A stretch of 64,000 bases of DNA from Gemmatimonadota bacterium (GTDB lineage Bacteria > Gemmatimonadota > Gemmatimonadetes > Longimicrobiales > Gaopeijiaceae): positions 1,088,001 to 1,152,000 of the forward strand of contig JAXHMG010000003.1 of NCBI GenBank assembly GCA_034521595.1, read 5' to 3'. Numbering within the stretch: the first letter of the stretch is position 1; every line of letters begins with the position of its first letter. Of this stretch, positions 56,663 through 64,000 are shown piece after piece. Below the pieces are notes generated by a model. The model was not told the DNA's origin, did no database searches, and saw only the letters and a list, made by a program, of their open reading frames with translations. Made by a program: the position numbers and the translations under genes.

Positions 56663-58264
56663 TCACGTGGAGCCCTTGAGGCCGGCTGGTGCGACGCTGC
56701 GCTCGACGAAGCCGAGTCCCCCGTCGACGATGAGTGCCATCAACGCGGCGGGCACGGCACCGGCGAGGATCATCCAGGTGTCCGACAGGGCCAGGCCCGC
56801 CACGATCGGATCGCCGAGCCCCCCGGCGCCGATGAACGCCGCCAGAGTTGCTGTACCCACGTTGATCACGGCGGCGGTTCGGACGCCTGCCATGATGACC
56901 GGTGCAGCGAGGGGAAGCCGGACGTAACGCAGGAGCTGCCGCTCGGTCATGCCGAGGGCCCGTGCGGAGGCCACCGCGGCGGCGTCGGCATCCCGCACGC
57001 CGGTAAAGGTGTTGCGTACCATGGGGAACAGAGAATACAAGAACAACGCGGTGACCGCCGGCACCACGCCGATGCCGAGCAACGGAATCATGAAGGCCAG
57101 GAGCGCGATGCTCGGGATGGTCTGCAGCATGCCGACACCCCGGATCGTGGTTTCCGCCCAACCTCGCCATCGCTCGAGCAGGAGGCCCAGCGGGACCGCG
57201 ATCGCGAAGCCCGCCAACATCGAGACTGCGACGAGAAGGAGGTGTCGGCGTGTCTCGGCGACCATCTGTGCCCGTCGTGCCCACATGTACGCGATGAAGG
57301 ACGCGCGTGCGTCCGATGTGCTCTCCTGTCCCACCGCCGGGGCTCCGTCATCGGCCAGTCCGACGGACTCCAGCGCGTCGGAGGCGACACGAGCGACGGG
57401 CTCGCCCTCCACCTCGATGCGGCGGTTGAAGCTCCGCATCATCCCGGCATCCAACTGGCCGGAGAGCTCGACGAGCGCGGCTACCGCGCCGGCATGCTCC
57501 GACGCGAGCTCGGCTCCGACGAGGGCGGCGGCGTCGTAGGGTGGGAAGAATTCCCGGTCGTCCTCGAGAATGACGAATCCGTAGCGGGCGATTCGTCCGT
57601 CGGTCGAATAACCGTCGATGACGTCGACCTCGGCGTTCGCGAGGGCCTCGTACTTCACGGCCTGAAGCAACGGACGCACTTCGCGGAGCTCGATTCCATA
57701 CGCCTCGCGCAGACCCTCGAGCCCGTCCGCCCGACCGATGAAGTCCGGGCTCAGGCCGCCGGTGAGCTCGGGAGCGGCGCGCGCCAGATCGGACAGGGTC
57801 TCCAGATCCAACGAATCGGCTGTCGCGGGACGCACCGACACGGCGTACGTGTTCTCGAATCCAAGGGGCGGGAGCCAACGGATGCCCCACCGGTCCCGAA
57901 ACGCCCGCGCGACCCTTCGGTACGCCTCCGCGCCGGATGAAGGCGGTGTCTCGTCGAGGATGGCGAGAAGCCCGGTGCCCGTATACTCGGGGTAGACGTC
58001 GATCTCCCCTCGCCGCAGAGCCGCGAACGCGATCTCGGTCGCCCCGAGGCCGGGGCGTCGGTCGACCGGGTATCCGCGCGCCTCGAGGAGCTGGGCGAAC
58101 ATCTCGCCGAGCAGGTAGGATTCGGCGAACGGCTTGGTGGCCACGACGATCGGCCGCCGGGCTTCGCTGTCGGTCGGAGACTGCTGGGCCGAGGCCGGAA
58201 GGACGGTCGCGGCCGCGGCGACTCCCCACCAGAGCACGTGCCGGATCGGGGCGGGACGCTTCAT
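56663..58264 (-). CDS. Betaine/ergothioneine-family ABC importer, fused substrate-binding domain and permease
   Basis: Signal peptide; TKPFAE, YPEYTGT, NTYAV, YSTDG, FFPPY (OpuAC-type SBP); QTIPSIALL, ASARALGM, IGAGGLG permease motifs. Confidence 0.88.
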   Translation of the reverse strand: MKRPAPIRHVLWWGVAAAATVLPASAQQSPTDSEARRPIVVATKPFAESYLLGEMFAQLLEARGYPVDRRPGLGATEIAFAALRRGEIDVYPEYTGTGLLAILDETPPSSGAEAYRRVARAFRDRWGIRWLPPLGFENTYAVSVRPATADSLDLETLSDLARAAPELTGGLSPDFIGRADGLEGLREAYGIELREVRPLLQAVKYEALANAEVDVIDGYSTDGRIARYGFVILEDDREFFPPYDAAALVGAELASEHAGAVAALVELSGQLDAGMMRSFNRRIEVEGEPVARVASDALESVGLADDGAPAVGQESTSDARASFIAYMWARRAQMVAETRRHLLLVAVSMLAGFAIAVPLGLLLERWRGWAETTIRGVGMLQTIPSIALLAFMIPLLGIGVVPAVTALFLYSLFPMVRNTFTGVRDADAAAVASARALGMTERQLLRYVRLPLAAPVIMAGVRTAAVINVGTATLAAFIGAGGLGDPIVAGLALSDTWMILAGAVPAALMALIVDGGLGFVERSVAPAGLKGST

Positions 58265-59019
58265 GTCAGCCGCGCCCGCTCGAGAAGCTTCGCCACATAC
58301 GGAGTTCGAGCATCCGCCAACAGGACCTCCGGCGTGTCGAACTGCTCGATGCGTCCCGCACGCATGACGGCGATACGGTCCGCGAGGTGGAAGGCTTCGT
58401 GAAGGTCGTGCGTCACCAAGAGCACGGTGACGCCGAGACGTCGCCGGAGCTCCGCGAACATCTCCTGGACGTCCGCCCGAGTGAGCGCGTCCAGGGCGCC
58501 GAACGGTTCGTCCAGGAGGAGCACCTCGGGGGTGGCGGCCAGAGCGCGAGCGAGCGCCGCGCGCTGGCGCTGTCCTCCCGAGAGCTCCCGGGGGTAACGC
58601 GCACCGAACTCCGAGGCGGGAAGCCCGACGAGCTCGAGCTGGCCTCGAGCCAGGTCGTCCGCGTTCGAGCGCCCCTGCAACCAGGGCACGAGGGCGACAT
58701 TGCGGAGGACGCTCCAGTGGGGCAGGAGGCCCCCGTCCTGTTGCACGTAGCCGAGCGCGCGCCGGAGGTGAACCGCATCGCGCTCCCCGACCGGATCTCC
58801 CGCCACCTCGATCGCGCCGGCTTCGGGCTCGACCATCCGGTTGAAACAGCGGAGCAGGGTAGTCTTGCCGGACCCGCTCTCGCCCACCAGGGCAACGGCC
58901 TCACCTTCCGTCACGCTGAGCGAAGCGCCATCGAGGGCCGTCACGGAGCCGAACCGCTTCGTGACCGCGCGTGCTTCGAGCACCACCGTGGCCGGAGGCG
59001 CTTCGTCGGTATCGCTCAT
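58261..59019 (-). CDS. ABC transporter ATP-binding protein (OpuA/ProV-like, no CBS domains)
   Basis: GESGSGKT, LSGGQRQR, LLDEPFGALD, VTHD. Confidence 0.9.
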   Translation of the reverse strand: MSDTDEAPPATVVLEARAVTKRFGSVTALDGASLSVTEGEAVALVGESGSGKTTLLRCFNRMVEPEAGAIEVAGDPVGERDAVHLRRALGYVQQDGGLLPHWSVLRNVALVPWLQGRSNADDLARGQLELVGLPASEFGARYPRELSGGQRQRAALARALAATPEVLLLDEPFGALDALTRADVQEMFAELRRRLGVTVLLVTHDLHEAFHLADRIAVMRAGRIEQFDTPEVLLADARTPYVAKLLERARLT

Positions 59020-59251
59020 GCTCGGTCCTTCCGGGAAGCGGAGAGTCGTCGCGGAACCGCGGACGGATCGGCGTCGTGGATGGAGGTTGGTCCTTCGGCG
59101 GCGCCCTTTCTAGCTTACTTGCTCGGTCGCCGTCCATCCATCCCGCATACTGCCCCGCATACCGGCTCCATCCACTGACCGAGCTCCCCGTTCAGCCGTG
59201 AGAGCCGCGGCGACGCGCTTTACCCCATTCCGTCTCGATTCAGGTACGCTC

Positions 59252-60247
59252 ATGACTTCCGACGCATCGATGGGTGCTGCGGCTCCCGACGCCCAGGATC
59301 CTACCCGACATCAGCTCATGTTGCGCGACGTCCTCGAAGGGCTGCGTCGTGATCAGAAGCAGCTCTCGCCGAAATACCTTTACGACGAGGTCGGGTCGGA
59401 GCTCTTCGAGCGGATCACGCAACTCGACGAATACTATCCGACCCGGACCGAACGGGCACTGTTGAAGCAGTGGGCCACGGCCTGGGTCGATGAGCTTCGC
59501 CCTCGAGCCTTCGTGGAGCTGGGCGCGGGGAATGCCGACAAGTCCCGCGTCGTCCTGACCGCGATGCAGGAAGCTGCCTCGGGGAACCTGTACGTACCCG
59601 TCGACGTGAGCGGCGAGTTCCTGCGCGAAGCCTCGAATCAGCTCCGCGAGGAGTACGAAGGTTTTCGGATCGAGCCCGCGGTCGCCGACATCTCGACGCC
59701 TTTCGAGCTTCCCCACGATCTTCCGGAGCCCGCTTGGATCGCGCTTCTCGGCAGCACGATCGGAAACTTCGCCCCCTCCGAGGCAAGCCTGCTGCTCCGG
59801 CGTGTGCGTCGGCACCTGCGTCCCGGTGACCGCTTCCTGATGGGCGTGGACCTGCGTCCCGGGCCCGGCAAGTCCGTCGAGCGCCTCGAGCGCGCATACG
59901 ACGACGCCCTCGGCGTCACGGCGGCATTCAGCCTGAACGTCCTACGCGTCTTGAACCGCGAGCTCGGCGCCGATTTCGACCTCGAAGCGTTCGAATACCG
60001 GGCGTTCTACGAGCCCGATGAACACCGCATGGAGCTCCACCTGGTGGCGCGGAGTCCGCAGGAAGTGACCATCGGGGGCGAAACGGTGTCCTTCGCGGAA
60101 GGCGAGTCGATTCGCACGGAGATCAGCTGCAAGCACGATCGGAACTCCGTGGACGCGCTCTTCGAGGCTGTGGGGCTGCGCGTCGATCGCTGGCGGGAGG
60201 ATCCGGACGGCGCCTTCGCGCTCCTTCTCGCCGAGCCCGTTCAATAG
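59252..60247 (+). CDS. egtD: L-histidine N-alpha-methyltransferase EgtD family (Methyltransf_33)
   Basis: PKYLYDEVGSELFERIT, YYPTRTE, ELGAG, GSTIGN, AYDDALGVT, RTEISCK. Confidence 0.88.
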   Translation: MTSDASMGAAAPDAQDPTRHQLMLRDVLEGLRRDQKQLSPKYLYDEVGSELFERITQLDEYYPTRTERALLKQWATAWVDELRPRAFVELGAGNADKSRVVLTAMQEAASGNLYVPVDVSGEFLREASNQLREEYEGFRIEPAVADISTPFELPHDLPEPAWIALLGSTIGNFAPSEASLLLRRVRRHLRPGDRFLMGVDLRPGPGKSVERLERAYDDALGVTAAFSLNVLRVLNRELGADFDLEAFEYRAFYEPDEHRMELHLVARSPQEVTIGGETVSFAEGESIRTEISCKHDRNSVDALFEAVGLRVDRWREDPDGAFALLLAEPVQ

Positions 60248-60251
60248 CGCG

Positions 60252-60806
60252 TCACATCTTGGGAAGCGTCACACCCGACTGCTTCATGTACTTTCCCTTC
60301 CGGTCCATATAGGCGATCTCCGGCTCCTCGTCCCCCTCGAAGAAGAGCAGCTGCGCGATGCCCTCGCCACCGTAGACCTTGGCGGGCAGCGGAGTCGTGT
60401 TGGAGATCTCGAGCGTCAGGTGGCCCTCCCACGTGGGCTCGAGTGGGGTGACGTTCACGATGAGGCCACACCGGGCGTAGGTCGACTTCCCGACACACAC
60501 GACGAGGACGTCCCTCGGGATCCGGAAATACTCCTCCGTCCGGGCCAGCGCGAACGAGTTCGGCGGAATGATGCACGCCGACTCGTGAATGTCCACGAAG
60601 GACCGATCGTCGAAATGCTTGGGATCCACGATGGCGTTGTGGACGTTGGTGAAGACTTTGAACTCGGGCGCGACTCGGATGTCGTAGCCGTAGGACGAAA
60701 GTCCATAGGAGATCACGCCCTCGCGCACCTGTCCCGACTCGAAGGGCTCGATCATCCCATGCTCCTCGCACATGCGACGGATCCACTTGTCACTCTTGAT
60801 CGGCAT
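60252..60806 (-). CDS. dcd: dCTP deaminase
   Basis: [34 protein letters not shown]. Confidence 0.95.
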   Translation of the reverse strand: MPIKSDKWIRRMCEEHGMIEPFESGQVREGVISYGLSSYGYDIRVAPEFKVFTNVHNAIVDPKHFDDRSFVDIHESACIIPPNSFALARTEEYFRIPRDVLVVCVGKSTYARCGLIVNVTPLEPTWEGHLTLEISNTTPLPAKVYGGEGIAQLLFFEGDEEPEIAYMDRKGKYMKQSGVTLPKM

Positions 60807-60963
60807 CGGGTGAGGTCACTCCGCGGGGGTACGACGAATGTAGGGTCGGTCGGAGCACGCCTGAATGCGGGCTCCGGTGCCGGCACGAACCGCCCAAGAT
60901 ACCCCGGATGTCGAAGGTGGGGCAAACCCCGGACAAGGGCATGAAAACCCGCCCCGACCGCGG

Positions 60964-60993
60964 TTGACACTGCGACGCGAAGGCCGGTACCTT
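60964..60993 (+). promoter_or_regulatory. Candidate sigma70 promoter of the nuo operon
   Basis: TTGACA, 18 nt spacer, TACCTT. Confidence 0.55.
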
Positions 60994-61011
60994 CCAACCC
61001 GTCACACGGCT

Positions 61012-61029
61012 TCGTGAACAATTTCACAA
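61012..61029. promoter_or_regulatory. Rex-type operator
   Basis: TCGTGAACAATTTCACAA, one mismatch to TTGTGAA-N4-TTCACAA; lies between the promoter and nuoA. Confidence 0.7.
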
Positions 61030-61043
61030 ACCCACGCGACCCC

Positions 61044-61400
61044 ATGTCGGGAGATTACCTCCCCCTCCTTCTTCTGTTCAGCGTATCGGTGCTGAACGCC
61101 ATCGGGATGGTCGTCACTTCGCACATCCTGAATCCGCGCCGCGACACGCCGCAGAAGCTGATGCCGTACGAGTCCGGCATGACCCCGCTCGGGACCACGC
61201 GGGCCCGCTTCTCTGTAAAATTCTACATGGTGGCGATCAGCTTCATCGTCTTCGATCTGGAGACGATTTTCCTGATCCCCTGGGCCGTCCAGATGCGGGA
61301 GCTGGGTTGGAGCGCCTTCATGGCGGTGACCCTCTTCGTCATCGTGCTTGCGGTCGGCCTGCTCTATGAATGGAAGAAGGGAGGTCTCGAATGGGACTGA
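61044..61400 (+). CDS. nuoA: NADH-quinone oxidoreductase subunit A
   Basis: [28 protein letters not shown]. Confidence 0.95.
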   Translation: MSGDYLPLLLLFSVSVLNAIGMVVTSHILNPRRDTPQKLMPYESGMTPLGTTRARFSVKFYMVAISFIVFDLETIFLIPWAVQMRELGWSAFMAVTLFVIVLAVGLLYEWKKGGLEWD

Positions 61401-62092
61401 AAGAAAAGCTCCCCGGGGTCGGCCCCACGCCGACGTCCGGTGGCATGTTCGGTGAGGGAAGCCCCACGTTCCTGACCAGCAAGATCGACGCGATCGTGAA
61501 CTGGGGGCGCCTCAACTCCTTGTGGCCCATGCCGTTCGGAACGGCGTGCTGCGCCATCGAGATGATGGCGTCTGCGGCTTCGAAGTTCGATGTTGCGCGG
61601 TTCGGGATGGAGCGCATGGCGTTCAGCCCCCGGCAGGCGGACGTGCTGATCTGTGCCGGGCGCGTGCCGTACAAGCTCGCCCCGGTGCTCCGGCGGATCT
61701 GGGACCAGATGCCGCAGCCCAAGTGGTGCGTGTCCATGGGCGCGTGTGCCAGCTCCGGGGGCGTTTTCGACGTATACTCGATGGTGCAGGGAATCGACAC
61801 CGTCGTCCCGGTCGACGTCTACATCCCGGGTTGTCCGCCGCGCCCCGAAGGCTTGATCTACGGCCTGATGATGATCCAGGAGAAGATTCGGGAAGAGTCG
61901 CTCGCCACGCACTTCGAGCATCGGGCAGAGGATCCCCTGCGGGTCGCGCAGCCCAGGGCGGACGACGGAGAGATCGCGGCCCTGACCGGTCCGTTCGGTA
62001 ACTCCACGCGCCAGGAGCGGCTCTCGACCGGGGCGGTCCCACGCGGAGAAACGCCCTCCGGCACCACCCGCCCCAACCCGATCTATGACTGA
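61391..62092 (+). CDS. nuoB: NADH-quinone oxidoreductase subunit B
   Basis: [32 protein letters not shown]. Confidence 0.96.
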   Translation: MGLKEKLPGVGPTPTSGGMFGEGSPTFLTSKIDAIVNWGRLNSLWPMPFGTACCAIEMMASAASKFDVARFGMERMAFSPRQADVLICAGRVPYKLAPVLRRIWDQMPQPKWCVSMGACASSGGVFDVYSMVQGIDTVVPVDVYIPGCPPRPEGLIYGLMMIQEKIREESLATHFEHRAEDPLRVAQPRADDGEIAALTGPFGNSTRQERLSTGAVPRGETPSGTTRPNPIYD

Positions 62093-62795
62093 CGATATCC
62101 CGAGCGCATTCGACGCGCTCGAAGACGGTCCTCGCCCGTCGGACGAAGTTCGGCAGGCGCCTCCACGGTTCCCGGCAGCCGAGAGCGACCATCCCACGAT
62201 CGTCGCCCTGGGTGAAGCTTTCGGTGACGCGATCATCGGGCAGCGCACCTCGGCGGGAGATCAACACGTGGTCTGGATCGATCCGACCCGAAATTTCGAG
62301 ATCCTTCGGTGGCTCAAGGAGGATCCGGCCCAGGCGTACACGATGATGTCGGACGTCACGGCCATCGACTACGGCAACGGGCGTCCGGTAGAGGTGGTGT
62401 ACCAAATGTTCTCCATCCGGCACAAGCAGGCTCTGCGCGTGCGCGCGCCGCTGGCGGTCGACCACCTCGAGATCGACTCGGTCGCGCCGCTCTGGCAGAC
62501 CGCCGATTGGTTGGAGCGCGAGGTCTACGACATGTTCGGCGTGACCTTCAAGGGGCACCCGGACCACCGACGCATCCTCATGCCCTACGACTATGACGAG
62601 GGGTATCCGTTGCGGAAGGACTTCCCGCTCCGGGGCCGGTACTCTCGAGCCGAGCAGACGCGCAGGGCCCTGAACCAGGACCTCGAGCGTTACTACCTCG
62701 AGGACACGCTGGCCGAGGGCCGGGAGCCGCAGGAGGCCCGAGCGGCGGATCGGACCGAGCTCCAGGATCCCGAGAACACGGGAGGCGAGCAATGA
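62085..62795 (+). CDS. nuoC: NADH-quinone oxidoreductase subunit C
   Basis: [31 protein letters not shown]. Confidence 0.95.
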   Translation: MTDDIPSAFDALEDGPRPSDEVRQAPPRFPAAESDHPTIVALGEAFGDAIIGQRTSAGDQHVVWIDPTRNFEILRWLKEDPAQAYTMMSDVTAIDYGNGRPVEVVYQMFSIRHKQALRVRAPLAVDHLEIDSVAPLWQTADWLEREVYDMFGVTFKGHPDHRRILMPYDYDEGYPLRKDFPLRGRYSRAEQTRRALNQDLERYYLEDTLAEGREPQEARAADRTELQDPENTGGEQ

Positions 62796-64000
62796 GCCAG
62801 AAGACGGTGGAGGTCCCCGTCGGCAGGAACCCGGAGATGGGCGTGGACGGGCGTCCGGTCCAGAGCCCGCTGACGCCGTTCGATGTCGCCGAGCCGGATT
62901 TCAACACCGAGGAGATGCTCATCAACATCGGGCCCCAGCACCCGGCCACGCACGGGGTGCTCCGGCTCGTCTGTGAGCTCGATGGGGAGACGGTCACGCG
63001 GGTGATGCCCGACATCGGCTACCTCCACTCCTCGTTCGAGAAGCTGGGTGAGTACCGGACGTGGAACCAGATCGTGACGCTCACCGACCGCATGGACTAC
63101 CTGGCGCCGTTGATCTACAACTGCGCCTACATGATGTCGGTCGAGAAGCTCATGGGCATCGAGGTGACCGAGCGGTGCAAGGTCGTCCGCGTGATCCTGA
63201 TGGAGTTGGACCGGATCTTCGGCCACCTCCTCTGGCTCGGAACGACGGCGATCGACGTGGGTGCCTTCACGCCGTTCCTGTACGCCTTCCAGGAGCGGGA
63301 GAAGATCTACCAGCTTCACGAGAGCCTCACCGGAGCGCGGATCACCACGTCGGCCACGCGCGTGGGCGGCATGATGGCCGACCTGCCCGAGGGATGGACC
63401 GAGCAGCTCCGGTCCTTCCTGAGCACCTTCCCGGACACGCTCGCCGAGATCGACAGCCTCCTCACGCGCAACCAGATCCACATCGGTCGCACCCAGGGTG
63501 TCGGAGCCATCAGTGCGGAGGACGCGCTCAACTACGGGTTCACCGGGCCGAACTTGAGAGCCGCGGGAGTCGACTACGACGTCCGCAAGGACCGCCCGTA
63601 CTACGACTACGAGACGTACGACTTCGAGGTCCCGGTCGGCGAGCACGGAGACTGCTACGATCGGTACCTTTGTCGAATGGAGGAGATGCGCCAGAGCGTG
63701 CGCATTCTCCATCAAGCGCTCGAGCGACTGCCGGGCGGTCCCATCAACGTGCAGGACCCCAACGTTTCCTTGCCCTCCAAAACCGACTGCATGTCGGACA
63801 TGGAGAGCATGATCCATCACTTCAAGCTGATCACCGAGGGCATCCCCGCACCCGAAGGAGACTGCTACTACGCCGTCGAAGGGTCGAAGGGCGAGCTCGG
63901 GATGTACGTGGTCGCGGAAGAAGGCGACACCAAGCCGGTCCGGTGGCGCATCCGCCCCCCGTCTTTCGTGAACCTCTCCGTGATCTCCAAGCTGGCCGAA
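62792..64000 (+). CDS. nuoD: NADH-quinone oxidoreductase subunit D (3' truncated by window)
   Basis: Manual translation gives NIGPQHPATHGVLRL, IGYLH, DRMDY, GDCYDRY, KGELG; ATGA overlap with nuoC. Confidence 0.95.
   Translation, partial: MSQKTVEVPVGRNPEMGVDGRPVQSPLTPFDVAEPDFNTEEMLINIGPQHPATHGVLRLVCELDGETVTRVMPDIGYLHSSFEKLGEYRTWNQIVTLTDRMDYLAPLIYNCAYMMSVEKLMGIEVTERCKVVRVILMELDRIFGHLLWLGTTAIDVGAFTPFLYAFQEREKIYQLHESLTGARITTSATRVGGMMADLPEGWTEQLRSFLSTFPDTLAEIDSLLTRNQIHIGRTQGVGAISAEDALNYGFTGPNLRAAGVDYDVRKDRPYYDYETYDFEVPVGEHGDCYDRYLCRMEEMRQSVRILHQALERLPGGPINVQDPNVSLPSKTDCMSDMESMIHHFKLITEGIPAPEGDCYYAVEGSKGELGMYVVAEEGDTKPVRWRIRPPSFVNLSVISKLAE

Noticed and set aside
49247-64000. Membrane-bound [NiFe] hydrogenase (Mrp plus nuo-like subunits)
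   Set aside because: The Mrp and nuo operons are separated by unrelated genes; the D subunit lacks the N-terminal CxxC Ni ligand motif and NuoB has the tandem CC of complex I.

Overview
GC-rich bacterial chromosomal segment; gene content and style suggest Gemmatimonadota, but this is inference and was not tested. From left to right: (1) a 10.8 kb envelope/secondary-metabolism locus with a GT4 glycosyltransferase, SAM methyltransferase, flippase-like protein, stand-alone RibD-type reductase, creatininase homologue, FkbM methyltransferase, membrane sulfatase/alkaline-phosphatase-fold protein, opgG/D, and one ORF fusing the glucan glucosyltransferase OpgH to GTP cyclohydrolase II (RibA); (2) the housekeeping block thrS-infC-rpmI-rplT-pheST-zapB/A-rny-folD-xseAB-ispA-dxs-nadK-recN; (3) tRNA-Gly and tRNA-Cys followed by two ~200 bp structured tandem repeats carrying sense and antisense copies of the tRNA-Cys 3' end, then a small HTH gene; (4) assorted enzymes, an atypical Rho, a tesA/ybbAP-like module with overlapping start codons, copC/copD and an Mrp-type antiporter operon with three D-like subunits; (5) a betaine-family ABC importer divergent from egtD, then dcd and the start of the nuo operon with a Rex-type operator. 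The best candidates for undescribed biology are the OpgH-RibA fusion locus (a possible GTP-derived decoration of periplasmic glucans) and the tRNA-Cys-linked structured repeat. All calls come from manual motif reading; no searches were run and some start codons are estimates.
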